This document shows, piece after piece, positions 20,146 to 30,348 of a DNA stretch of 64,000 bases (position 1 is its first letter; every line of letters begins with the position of its first letter). A model generated the notes under the pieces. That model was not told where the DNA came from. It saw only the letters and a list, made by a program, of their open reading frames with translations, and did not search any database. This DNA comes from a virus. A program made the translations under genes and the position numbers. The stretch covers positions 32,001 through 96,000 of the IMG/VR virus record IMGVR_UViG_3300025362_000004; one strand, given 5' to 3'.

Positions 20146-20572
20146 TTTCTTTCTCCTCTTTTTCGTATGTTGCTCTTTCTTCATCAACCCATTTATGCCA
20201 ATGATTTCCACAGCACCATTCATCTAACATATAAATCGTTACACGTGCAGCCCAAGCATTCATTCCGATAATCATCCATTCTTCGAACGTAGGTTCTGTT
20301 TTCTTCATAGTTATAGTCGGTTCTTCTTTTTGTCTTTTCCAAAATCTTAACATTCTATACATTGTCCTATCCATACGTAAAAGACGCATAATCATTTCCC
20401 ACTCATTAGCTCTATCTATAACTTGTGAGATAATACTAAATAACGTGGAATCTGTTGGTTCTCCTTCGTATGTTCCATAATATTTTTTATAATGTTCTTT
20501 TGTTCTACCGTCTTTTAAAGCAAAAATCCAAAGAACATCTCTTTTGTCTAATTTGTTTATAGTTTCGTTCAT
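20138..20572 (-). CDS. Hypothetical protein
   Basis: AAGGAG RBS. Confidence 0.75.
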   Translation of the reverse strand: MNETINKLDKRDVLWIFALKDGRTKEHYKKYYGTYEGEPTDSTLFSIISQVIDRANEWEMIMRLLRMDRTMYRMLRFWKRQKEEPTITMKKTEPTFEEWMIIGMNAWAARVTIYMLDEWCCGNHWHKWVDEERATYEKEEKEND

Positions 20573-20756
20573 TTTTTTCTCCTTATTTTTCATAATCTAT
20601 ATAGACTTTTATTGGTTTTGTTTTTGGTCTCGCCCTATGAGCCTTTTTAATTTCACAGATAGCCGCATAAAGTGCCCAAAAGAAATATATCCATACAAAT
20701 GCTGGGTGAATAATCACACCAAGTAAAATCGGCAAGGGATATAATATTCTCTTCAT

Positions 20757-21014
20757 TTAATACATCTCTTGAATAAAATAACTTATATCCTCAATCTTTG
20801 TAACTCCAGAGGTTCTATCTTCATAATTTGTATAGATTTCACTTTTTTCAAAATCCATTTCAAGATACAAATCGTAATCTTCATTTATTAAACATTCGAC
20901 TGCATTTTCAGCTTGTTCTTTAGTATCATATATAATATTGATACAGAACGGAAACGTTCTATCATCTATACAATCGCGTGTTCCGTATATTACAAATCCT
21001 TTACAGTTATCCAT
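20757..21014 (-). CDS. Hypothetical protein
   Basis: GAGGAG RBS. Confidence 0.7.
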   Translation of the reverse strand: MDNCKGFVIYGTRDCIDDRTFPFCINIIYDTKEQAENAVECLINEDYDLYLEMDFEKSEIYTNYEDRTSGVTKIEDISYFIQEMY

Positions 21015-21015
21015 A

Positions 21016-21249
21016 TTAACACTCCTCACTTAAATCACTAAGGTCTAGTAATTCAACATTATCATTCATAGAATAGAAGTCTTGCAAAGCCCAAAGACAA
21101 ATCTCTGCATCTTCTAAATCGCTAAATTTTGCTATAATTTCATCATTCACGCAAACTAACTTATTAAAAGGTTTATTCACAATATCCACCATATCTATCC
21201 CAAGAGCTTGTTTTATAATTTTTAATCGCGTCAAATAGTCTATTAACAT
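21016..21249 (-). CDS. Hypothetical protein
   Basis: ORF in operon. Confidence 0.65.
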   Translation of the reverse strand: MLIDYLTRLKIIKQALGIDMVDIVNKPFNKLVCVNDEIIAKFSDLEDAEICLWALQDFYSMNDNVELLDLSDLSEEC

Positions 21250-21598
21250 CCTCTACTCTTTCAATAGAATAAATATCCTCAATTGAAAACTCTTTTTCGA
21301 GACTCCAAGAAGCAAAAACATAAAATCTTTTATCATATAATTTAACTCTACCATCAGAATAAACTTCATATTTATGATTATTATAATAGTATTCAAAAAA
21401 ATCTCTACCAACTTCAAAAAGAGGGAGTGCTTTTTTAACTTCTTTTACACATTTCTTAATATTTTCTTCTAAATCATTTGCTGTTTTTAAAGTATCAAAG
21501 ACTGATACCTTTTCTTTTCTACTTAAATCTTTTAACACTCTAAAAAAAGTTGCTCTATCATCAAGTAATTTCTTATAGCCTCTACTCATTTTTCCCAT
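21173..21598 (-). CDS. Hypothetical protein
   Basis: AGGAG RBS. Confidence 0.75.
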   Translation of the reverse strand: MGKMSRGYKKLLDDRATFFRVLKDLSRKEKVSVFDTLKTANDLEENIKKCVKEVKKALPLFEVGRDFFEYYYNNHKYEVYSDGRVKLYDKRFYVFASWSLEKEFSIEDIYSIERVEDVNRLFDAIKNYKTSSWDRYGGYCE

Positions 21599-21619
21599 TG
21601 TTCTCTCCTTTATTTTTCA

Positions 21620-22000
21620 TTAGTTAAATCTCCTCCAGTATATTCTTAATCCTTTTCCAAGATAACTCCAATCAACTTTAAGTTCCTCTTCAGTTAAATA
21701 ACGAACTATTTCACCATATGCTCCGTCATCAGTATTCGACCTGTCATCATACATTATATCGCGAATGTGTTCGTCCCAATTTGCATAATCTTCATCAGAC
21801 CAATAATATTCTTCATCTCGGTCTAAACCAAAAGTATTGTCAAAACTATCAGCCTCTTCCATAGCAACTTCTATCATTCCTGAATGGATTACTCTAACTA
21901 ATTCATTTTTTCCAAGTTCTTTTTCTAATCTTTCAATTATATTATCTGCTAATTTAGTTTCATCTTCTTGTTCTTGTTTATATTTTTCCATAATTACCAA
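21620..22000 (-). CDS. Highly acidic hypothetical protein
   Basis: Promoter-proximal ORF. Confidence 0.75.
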   Translation of the reverse strand: MVIMEKYKQEQEDETKLADNIIERLEKELGKNELVRVIHSGMIEVAMEEADSFDNTFGLDRDEEYYWSDEDYANWDEHIRDIMYDDRSNTDDGAYGEIVRYLTEEELKVDWSYLGKGLRIYWRRFN

Positions 22001-22280
22001 CTTCTAAATATATTTTTTTATCTTTATAAGTAATTATATCACAGATTAGTAAAAAAGTCAAATCTAATATTCCAATATATTAAAAAGACATATTATATAT
22101 GTCTTATTATATTTTTGTAATTACAACAACTATACCTTCACAGTATAATTTAACCTTTTCAAATCCCATATCAAAAAGTTTATTAACTTCTGGACTTACG
22201 TGACTAACTTCTTCACTTAGTATTTCTTTGGTTTCTCTTACAAACTCTCTAATTCTATATTTTGGCATTATAAACTCCTC

Positions 22281-22472
22281 TTATACTTCAAAAATTACAA
22301 CATCAGATTCTTTATAGGGAACTTCTATCACTATTTCAAAACTTGAATCGCATTCTTCATTATAACAAAGACACTCTTGATGATAACAAACTTTACCACC
22401 ATCAAGATATGTATCGTTTTGCATTACTTCATAATTTTCACTCCCACAAACGGGACACTTAAATCTACTCAT
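22281..22472 (-). CDS. Small zinc-ribbon protein
   Basis: CPVCG...CLC...C. Confidence 0.7.
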   Translation of the reverse strand: MSRFKCPVCGSENYEVMQNDTYLDGGKVCYHQECLCYNEECDSSFEIVIEVPYKESDVVIFEV

Positions 22473-22473
22473 A

Positions 22474-22824
22474 TTACCCACTCCCAACTGCAAGTTTAAC
22501 AGTAAGAATACTATTAGACAAGCGATACTCATATACTTCACCAGCAATTTTCTTGCCATTAACTTCTAAATTCCACATTTCCCAATCCCTATCCATCATA
22601 GTAAATTCTTCTTTTGTGATTTTAGCACTCGCACCTCTACAAGAAAATGTTTTCTTACTTTTCGGTCCGCCATTCCATGGAATCATTCTACCATGGCTAT
22701 CCCAATAAAAACTTAATCTTATGTGCAAATCAGTTCCTTCAACTAATACTGATTCTCTAACATTTGTTTTATCAAAACGCGTTGTAACTGACTTGCCTAT
22801 TGTTTCATCTACTTTAAATTCCAT
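22474..22824 (-). CDS. Hypothetical protein
   Basis: Promoter and RBS. Confidence 0.8.
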   Translation of the reverse strand: MEFKVDETIGKSVTTRFDKTNVRESVLVEGTDLHIRLSFYWDSHGRMIPWNGGPKSKKTFSCRGASAKITKEEFTMMDRDWEMWNLEVNGKKIAGEVYEYRLSNSILTVKLAVGSG

Positions 22825-22945
22825 ATTTTAATCCCTTTTTCTTATCCTTATAATATAATTATACCATAGGTTAAATAAAAAATCAAATCTAATATTCCAA
22901 TAAAAAAGGAAATGCGTAAACATTTCCTACTTAATTTTATTTTTA

Positions 22946-23587
22946 CTAAAACTTTGGATAAAACTCATGTAATCTTACTTGTGCATTACGTGTTTTATAT
23001 GTATATAAACCACAATTGAAATCTACTGCTTTTGCTACTTCGCCGCAGCGGTCTACTAACACAACAGCCTCACGACAACTTATCATACGAGATTCTAAAT
23101 GGAACTCATAACCCATACTGCAGTCATCACGGACATACAATCTTTCTGGCGCACATACTTCAGTAATACGTTCTAACATAAAGTCAGCCCAGCCCCAAAG
23201 TCCATTATCAATATTTAAAGAGTATCTAAATGTTTCTCTTGCTTCACTAAATTTTAATCCAGTAATTCTTGCGAAGGCGTCGCGATATTTCATCATATCA
23301 TTGTTAACTCCGAAAGAACCAGTTCTTGCGTCGTGGTTATACAAGTTATGACTTACAATTACTTTTTGTCCAACTTCGAAGGTTGGTTGGAAAATATCTT
23401 CGAACATATCCATTGACCAATACCAACGACTCCCTTGTAATGTGATACCATCTTCACAAACTCTTGTTACTTTAAGATACTTCCCTTTTGATTCTACCAT
23501 ATCCCAATTCACACGGTAACGATAACACTTGCAAACGTTTAAATTTCTTTTAATTCTTACATAATCTCCTGCTTTTAATCTACTCAT
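22946..23587 (-). CDS. Protein with two tandem SH3/KOW-like repeats
   Basis: GD.V.....M....G....IT...W.WS..MFE unit occurs twice. Confidence 0.8.
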   Translation of the reverse strand: MSRLKAGDYVRIKRNLNVCKCYRYRVNWDMVESKGKYLKVTRVCEDGITLQGSRWYWSMDMFEDIFQPTFEVGQKVIVSHNLYNHDARTGSFGVNNDMMKYRDAFARITGLKFSEARETFRYSLNIDNGLWGWADFMLERITEVCAPERLYVRDDCSMGYEFHLESRMISCREAVVLVDRCGEVAKAVDFNCGLYTYKTRNAQVRLHEFYPKF

Positions 23588-23829
23588 TTACTTCTCCTTT
23601 TATTTTTTTATTTTCTAATTCTACTGTCTCTACTGTTTCTACTTGCTCTTTTATTTGTTTTAATATATTTCTTCTACCTAAGGTTTGTTTAGCAAGTCTA
23701 ATTATTTCTTCTAATTCTTTATCACTATATAACCCGTAGTAAATAGTTTTATTCATATTTAAACCTACTTTCCTTACCTTATAATATAATTATATCATAA
23801 ACTAAACTAAAATTCAAATCTATATTCCA

Positions 23830-24024
23830 TTATTCATGTAATAATGTAAAAATAACTAAGAAAATTATCATTAGTATTGCAAATGCAATTGTTAAAACTA
23901 TTGGTAACCACCAAACCCACACCAATACGAATAAATTAACAAAAATAAATATGAACATTCCAGTTGTTGCAGAACTGAAAAACATTGTCGCTAATAGCGA
24001 TATTAATGCAAATAATTCTCTCAT
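23830..24024 (-). CDS. Small membrane protein
   Basis: Two hydrophobic helices. Confidence 0.7.
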   Translation of the reverse strand: MRELFALISLLATMFFSSATTGMFIFIFVNLFVLVWVWWLPIVLTIAFAILMIIFLVIFTLLHE

Positions 24025-24025
24025 A

Positions 24026-24283
24026 TTAATCTCCTAACATTGCGATTAACATTACAATAAAACCAAAAATAAATACTATTAATGGGACTATCGCAAAGAA
24101 AATCATTGCACTAAGAAATGTTAATGCCACTGGTATCCATAGCGGCGCAGTTACCCACCACCAAGACCAAGCAATAACTCCTACTAATTTTAGTATTAGG
24201 AATACTATAAATGTAGTGCCACACAATCCCATTCCACTTCTGCTATAAACAATTGTTTCTTTAAACTCTGTTTTATTCTCCAT
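24026..24283 (-). CDS. Membrane protein (LKL.GVI.WSWWWV.APLW family)
   Basis: Motif common in phage membrane proteins. Confidence 0.85.
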   Translation of the reverse strand: MENKTEFKETIVYSRSGMGLCGTTFIVFLILKLVGVIAWSWWWVTAPLWIPVALTFLSAMIFFAIVPLIVFIFGFIVMLIAMLGD

Positions 24284-24521
24284 CTTCTTCTCCTCGTAGC
24301 GAGTCCAAATTTCTTCTTGCTACTTTTACTCTAATCTTATCAACCATTTGGTCAATGATTTGATGTTGATATTTCTTTGGATAGCCTGTATATGTTTTAG
24401 TCACATAATGCAAGCAATCAATATAAATATCCCAATACTGTTCTTCACACATTTTTACACCATATTGAACTAAATCTAACTGTTCAATAAATTGTTTATC
24501 ATACTCATTCAACGGTATCAT
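24273..24521 (-). CDS. Hypothetical protein
   Basis: Translationally coupled ORF. Confidence 0.75.
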   Translation of the reverse strand: MIPLNEYDKQFIEQLDLVQYGVKMCEEQYWDIYIDCLHYVTKTYTGYPKKYQHQIIDQMVDKIRVKVARRNLDSLRGEEDGE

Positions 24522-25039
24522 TATTCTTCATCATCTTCTTTTTCTTCTGCTTCTTGTTCTTTTTGAAGATAGCGTTCTATTTTCTTCTCTTTAACTCTTT
24601 TCTTCTCTGCTCTAGCTTCTGCATCTCGTTTAATTTTTCTATCACGTTCTGCGGCTTTAGAGCGAGCTTTTTCTTCATCTTGCTCTTTCTTAAAAGCATA
24701 TTCTCTTTGTTGCTCTGACGCATCATAATCAAGATTTTTAATCTTTAATCCAATTTCTAATGAAATCATACCATTACATAAATCATCTTCATCTTTAGTT
24801 ATAACTTGTCTTTCAACTTTTTCATTATGGATTTCTAAAATCGGTCCATCCTTTGTAATGTAGACTTCAACACCCATTTCTTCTCCCAGTTCCTTTAAAC
24901 CTTCAAATAAGGCTTCAACTAATAAAGCCTTTTCTTGATTTCTTTCGGTTTGTTGAACTGATAAAACTCCTCGACTGGTTCCGACGGCTAAGTCTTTGTC
25001 TTTGAGTTCTTGCACTTTTGTAATAAATGCTTCAAACAT
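24521..25039 (-). CDS. Hypothetical protein (paralog family B)
   Basis: ISLEIGLKIKNLDYDA core and charged tail. Confidence 0.85.
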   Translation of the reverse strand: MFEAFITKVQELKDKDLAVGTSRGVLSVQQTERNQEKALLVEALFEGLKELGEEMGVEVYITKDGPILEIHNEKVERQVITKDEDDLCNGMISLEIGLKIKNLDYDASEQQREYAFKKEQDEEKARSKAAERDRKIKRDAEARAEKKRVKEKKIERYLQKEQEAEEKEDDEE

Positions 25040-25204
25040 CTTATCAATCTCCTTTTAAAGTATATCTTTCACCTTATATAATAATTATATCATAGATTAA
25101 GTAAAATTGCAAATCTAAATTTAAGAAATATTTCAATTTGGAATTTTTTTTGTTGAAAAAAGGACATTATTATCAATGTCCTTTTTTTGATAAAATCTTA
25201 ATAA

Positions 25205-25477
25205 TTACTCTGCGTCTTCACTATAAAGAGCGCCTGCTTCAGTTAGAGTATACACATTTCTTTTAGATTTGTGGTTGCATGTTGGACATACGAACTCTGT
25301 CATTTCTGCACTAATTAATTGACGTCTTTTTAGTTGAGTCATGTTCGCACTAGCGACTGCTTCTTCTAAACCTTCGTTTAATTCAGCAAGTGTAACTCCA
25401 CCCTCAACGTTTCTCATAGCATTTAATGCATCCCATGATTTTTCAGTTAAGTTAGTTAATTTAGCTTCTGTTGGCAT
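25205..25477 (-). CDS. Winged-helix-like protein with CPTC in the wing (paralog family A)
   Basis: LTEKSWDAL...VTLAEL...QLKRRQLI...VYTLT. Confidence 0.8.
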   Translation of the reverse strand: MPTEAKLTNLTEKSWDALNAMRNVEGGVTLAELNEGLEEAVASANMTQLKRRQLISAEMTEFVCPTCNHKSKRNVYTLTEAGALYSEDAE

Positions 25478-25601
25478 TTGTAGTTCCTCCTTTTTCTTTG
25501 TCGATAAAATAGTTTATTTTTATTTTATCTTTATATCTATATTATATCATAACTTTAACAAAAGTCAATTTTAAGATATAATAAAATAACCATTTTTTAG
25601 A

Positions 25602-25934
25602 CTATCCGCAGATGAAATATACGCCATCACCAAGTATAGAATTTATAAGATATAATCGACCACGTATTTCATAAAGTTCTACTAAAAATTCCTTAGTTTC
25701 TACATAATCTATTTCATCAAAGTCTCTTTTAATAAGCATAGCATTTATTCTATTTTCAGTTTTTCTAATATATTCACTCACATCTTCGATTGCTAAACTT
25801 ATATCTTCTAACTCTGTATCTTGGTTATAGGCAATACTATAATTTTCAAGTATATATTGAACTGTGTCTGTATTCCTTGACATAGAAAATATTGTTTCAC
25901 CTGTTTTTGTTTTAAACGTTAAATATGCACTCAT
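25602..25934 (-). CDS. Hypothetical protein
   Basis: Promoter and RBS. Confidence 0.8.
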   Translation of the reverse strand: MSAYLTFKTKTGETIFSMSRNTDTVQYILENYSIAYNQDTELEDISLAIEDVSEYIRKTENRINAMLIKRDFDEIDYVETKEFLVELYEIRGRLYLINSILGDGVYFICG

Positions 25935-26156
25935 TTTTCATCACTCCTTTTACTTTTATACTTTATTATATCATAATCTAAATAAAATTACAAATCTGGT
26001 TGTGTTATTTCAGAAGAAAAAGAAAAGTTTAGTTACACCGAGCGGCGACTTGGCTTCAATAAAGGCTTTAACTCTCCTAAAAATTTGGAGTATAGACTTG
26101 ATTTATTTTATAGGTTATGATATAATTATATTATAAAGATAAGAAAAGGAGTTACT

Positions 26157-26534
26157 ATGAATTATTTTCACGTCGATAAAACAGATAATAAATGGGGTCC
26201 AAGATGTAACTGCCTTGGATATGCTTTGAACACTAAAGAATGGGTTTGTTTTGACCGTTTTAATCAAAGTTGCTATGAAGAATTAGTTTCTGATTTAGAA
26301 GCAGATTTTGAATGGACTCGTATATCTAAAAAAGACATGATTTTAGGCAAAGATTATGTAGCATTAAGATTTGCTGGAAATGACTATCATTTTATGTGGC
26401 GTGGTAAAAAAGGACACTGGAGACATAAGATGGGTAGACAACCAGTTGAAGCAATTTCACAAAAAGAAGTATTTAGTAGGTATTGGTATGGAGATTATTT
26501 TGGAACTATCTTCTTATTTGAAGTAAAAAGATAA
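26157..26534 (+). CDS. Hypothetical protein, possible papain-like fold
   Basis: NCLGYAL...DYHF...WRHKMG motif. Confidence 0.7.
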   Translation: MNYFHVDKTDNKWGPRCNCLGYALNTKEWVCFDRFNQSCYEELVSDLEADFEWTRISKKDMILGKDYVALRFAGNDYHFMWRGKKGHWRHKMGRQPVEAISQKEVFSRYWYGDYFGTIFLFEVKR

Positions 26535-26770
26535 AGCGCCGAGGAGTGACAGGCGGGTATAAAAGGTCAAAGTTGGGTAGGGTTATTGATGTGCTGGCAT
26601 AGTAAAGGGGATATAGCAGTATTTTATGTTTAAATCCGAATCGTTGTCGAACAAATCATAAACCAAACGGAGAGTAGAAATACTCTCCACATTTTTATAG
26701 TGATTTAGATTTGATTTTTTTATTAGATTATGTTATAATTATATTATAAGAGATAGAAAAGGAGTTAAAA

Positions 26771-27487
26771 ATGAGAGATTATTCAACATACTTCAATTTA
26801 ATGAGTGCTAACTTAAAAGAGAAAGCCGACTTTATAATCAAAGAGTTAGATAACGAACGCTATGATATAGTTTATGACTTTGGTTGTGCTAATGGCGATT
26901 TAACAAGATTATTAGCAGAGCAATTTCCTAATATTAAGTTTATTGGTATTGAGGTAAATGAAGAAGTTCGTAAAATAAATCAAAAAGAAAACATTTTTAA
27001 CAATATATATTACAACAGGAATATGAGTGAATTTACAAAAAATACTATGGTAATTTTTTCAAGTGTATTACATGAAATATTTAGTTTTATGGAAGAAAAT
27101 GAGATTATAAAATTACTTAATCAATGTAGACAAGCAAAATCTATTTTAATTAGAGATATGCTTTTTACTGATACTGAACTAATTAACTCATATGAAACAA
27201 ATGAACATGAAAACTATGTAAATCAATTTTTTAATGGATTAAAGCAAACAAATCAAACTTTTGCTCATTTCTTGATGAAAGTTAGATATAAAATTAATTG
27301 GTTTGAAGAATTAAAAGAAGATTATTTTGCAACAGATTGGGATTTAATACTTGATATGTTTAAAAATGATTATACCATCAAAGAACATAATTATTATATA
27401 AATGAATATCTTGCAAAGGAAATTCCTGATTTAGAAAAATATACAAAAACGACACATATAAAATTATTGTTGAGGAGGAAAGATTAA
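26771..27487 (+). CDS. Class I SAM-dependent methyltransferase
   Basis: DFGCANG, GIE and SSVLHE motifs. Confidence 0.85.
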   Translation: MRDYSTYFNLMSANLKEKADFIIKELDNERYDIVYDFGCANGDLTRLLAEQFPNIKFIGIEVNEEVRKINQKENIFNNIYYNRNMSEFTKNTMVIFSSVLHEIFSFMEENEIIKLLNQCRQAKSILIRDMLFTDTELINSYETNEHENYVNQFFNGLKQTNQTFAHFLMKVRYKINWFEELKEDYFATDWDLILDMFKNDYTIKEHNYYINEYLAKEIPDLEKYTKTTHIKLLLRRKD

Positions 27488-27707
27488 TGGCTATAGTTAA
27501 TTCAAAAGGTAAAATAAAAGCATTACCAGTTCTTTCAGTAGAACAAAAAAATAGAGTTTTAGAAGTTAGAGGCAAATGCTGGGACAAGCCTGTATCAATG
27601 TGGAAGAAAATGCACTTTGATAAGAGTAAAATATCTTTTGTAGGCAAGAGATAAAAAACTACTAATGTAGATTTGATTTTTATATCAGTTTATGATATAA
27701 TTATATT

Positions 27708-28613
27708 ATAAAGATAAGAAATAAATATTTTTATCTTCGGTTGAGATACCCTACGGCACAGGTCGTTAAAAGAGGCGTGTTATCCGCCATACGGCACAGG
27801 TCGTTAAAAGGAACTAAGGCGAGCCATACCCGCGTGTGGTGTAACTCCACCAAATATGGTTTCTCCATGGTAATCGCCGCCTTATGAAAATGATATTTAA
27901 GTAATAAAGATACGGGTTTATACATTCTCCCAGCGATAAAAAATGTTTTGCGTTAAACTCTTATACAGAAAAGGGTGGGCTTAAAGGCGGGTCAGCATAA
28001 TGGTCTGGGCGTGTGGCGTCAGTAAAAATCCATGTGGCAGTTGTGGCTATGTCAATAGAAAATGTCATAAGTAGTAATACTTTCATTCGAAAGACGTAAA
28101 AATTATAGTGTTACGCAAAATTAGTAGAGAACACTTAAAATAAACGATACTGACATGATTATATGTTAAATAACACAGTTCAACAGGTTAGATTCAAACC
28201 GTCGCTGAGAGTAAGAGTCGTGTCTAAGGAAGCACTCTACCTCGCTTGAAGATTAAACACTAGCGAGTAAGAAATAAGAAAAGCGCTTTGGCGAAAATCC
28301 AAATGAGTCAACATAGAGGTGTTGGCCTAGAGCAAACTAGGTAGGGAAAACAACGCTGAGAGTTAGAGTTGCGTGTATTGATTAACCACTTTACTTTAAA
28401 CACTCTACCGTAAGGTCTGGAAGCTGTTACCTTATGAGCAACTATATTAAAAACAGCGTATTATTTAATTGCCTGTCGAGGAAAAGTAATATTAAACTAT
28501 ATGAGAATGACGACACGAATAAAATCCTTTCCAAAGGACTGCCCGCGATAAAGTGAACGGCGCAACGGCATGCGAAAGAAGACATCAAGGTTGGAAACTT
28601 GGTGTTTTTTTTT
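27708..28613 (+). ncRNA. Large (~900 nt) putative structured ncRNA
   Basis: Promoter at ~27672, terminator 28582-28613, no credible ORF, internal repeats. Confidence 0.65.
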
Positions 28614-28709
28614 ATGAGTTTTTGGAATATAAGATTTGCTTTTTTTTTAAATCTATGATATAATAAAGTATAAAGATAAAAATATACTATTTTTGTGAGG
28701 TGTTGAAAT

Positions 28710-29093
28710 ATGAATAAACGATATACATTATTCCTTGCTATGGCGGGGACATATGACCCAAACTTAATAACAAGCAATTTAGTGCCTGTGGAATATGATT
28801 TCACAAAAATAAAACGGTCTTATCGTAAAGTGAAAAAAATATTGAAATATAATAATGTTGTAATAGAAATTCACGATAGACTGTTAGGTTTTAAAATTCC
28901 ATATATTTTAGTAATACCTGCAAAAGGAGTAGATAATACTCTATGGTATATGGAAAGAGGTTGGGTAGAAATAGATAAAAAATATGCTTATTTTAATAAG
29001 CGAAAAGAATTGAAAAGAAAAGTACCAAGAGAACATATAATACAATTAGACAATAAAGAATTATTAAATGAATATTTAGAAGGGAATGATTAA
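28710..29093 (+). CDS. Hypothetical protein
   Basis: Promoter and RBS. Confidence 0.75.
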   Translation: MNKRYTLFLAMAGTYDPNLITSNLVPVEYDFTKIKRSYRKVKKILKYNNVVIEIHDRLLGFKIPYILVIPAKGVDNTLWYMERGWVEIDKKYAYFNKRKELKRKVPREHIIQLDNKELLNEYLEGND

Positions 29094-29095
29094 AA

Positions 29096-29362
29096 TTGGC
29101 AACTAAATTCAAAGAACTAATGAAATTAAAAGGTTATACACAAACACAACTAAGCAAAATTAGTGGTGTTGCTCAATCCAATTTGAGTATTTATTGTAAT
29201 CACAGAGAAACACTAGAGGTATCAACAATGGTTACTCGAGCAAGATTGGCAGGCGCTTTTAGTATGACAGTAAAAGAATTTGAAGAATATTTAGATTTAG
29301 AACCTGCAACACTAATCGCATCAAATAAACAAACAGGCAACTTTACATTACACAAAAACTAA
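29096..29362 (+). CDS. XRE/Cro-family HTH protein
   Basis: GYTQTQLSKISGVAQSNLS. Confidence 0.85.
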   Translation: MATKFKELMKLKGYTQTQLSKISGVAQSNLSIYCNHRETLEVSTMVTRARLAGAFSMTVKEFEEYLDLEPATLIASNKQTGNFTLHKN

Positions 29363-29374
29363 GAGGTGAAATAA

Positions 29375-29650
29375 ATGCCATTAACAACTACAAAGATTTT
29401 TGATTATCTCAACAAAAATGAATTAGCACACCAAGTACACATAAGAAACGATGAGATAATTTTTTATCATTGGAATAGGAATATGACAGATTTAATTAAA
29501 TCTGTTGTTTTGCACAATGACAAAATAGAACAAGTATATTATTCAAGGAACATAATTCCCATGTTATATACTTTTATGAATAGTGGAATAGTAAATGATT
29601 TTACTGGAGCAGAGAAGTATGTTAGGGATAAAAGAATTTATGCAAGATAA
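29375..29650 (+). CDS. Hypothetical protein
   Basis: GAGGTG RBS. Confidence 0.75.
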   Translation: MPLTTTKIFDYLNKNELAHQVHIRNDEIIFYHWNRNMTDLIKSVVLHNDKIEQVYYSRNIIPMLYTFMNSGIVNDFTGAEKYVRDKRIYAR

Positions 29651-30083
29651 AGAACAACTTGTGTGTGCTATAAAATATTTATTAGATGTTGGACTACCTG
29701 AGAAATTAGTAGTTCTTGTTACTCAAGCAAAACAACCATACGTTAATAAAATTAAAAATGGTAAATTACATAGAAATACAAAAATAGAAGAAGGTTTTAA
29801 ACTAAATTCTGAGCAACAAAATAAATATGAAATCGTTAAAAAGATATTATTTATGCCTGAATTACCTACATCAGGTATAGGAGAGCAAGATGTTATTTAT
29901 ATGCAATTATTAAAGTTTTTTATGATACCGAAAGACAAAATAATTGAACTTTATAATAATTTAGCAAAAGTTAAAGTTAGTAGGTTATTATTAAAAAAGA
30001 AAATTGACTTAGGAAACTTTGATTCAGAATTAATTGGAGTAGATAAAAAAGAATATCTGGAATTAATGATAGAATTTCTGTAG
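29640..30083 (+). CDS. Hypothetical protein, possible N-terminal HTH
   Basis: Coupled ORF; QPYVNKIKNGK. Confidence 0.7.
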   Translation: MQDKEQLVCAIKYLLDVGLPEKLVVLVTQAKQPYVNKIKNGKLHRNTKIEEGFKLNSEQQNKYEIVKKILFMPELPTSGIGEQDVIYMQLLKFFMIPKDKIIELYNNLAKVKVSRLLLKKKIDLGNFDSELIGVDKKEYLELMIEFL

Positions 30084-30348
30084 TGTAGATTTGATTTTTT
30101 TGTGAGTTTATGATATACTATATATAGAAAGATAGAAAAGACTATCTTATTAAAAGAGGTGAAATGCATGAAAAAAGTAATACGATTATTTAGTTATAAT
30201 ATTAGAACAGTTGGGCAAAACCCTAGTTTTTCAGCGCACCTTGATTATATGAGACAAATTTCTGTGAGTAGATACTAACACGACCATAATAGGTCTATTA
30301 GTCCACAGAGATGTGGACTTTTTTTATTAAAGAGAAGGAGAGGATAAT

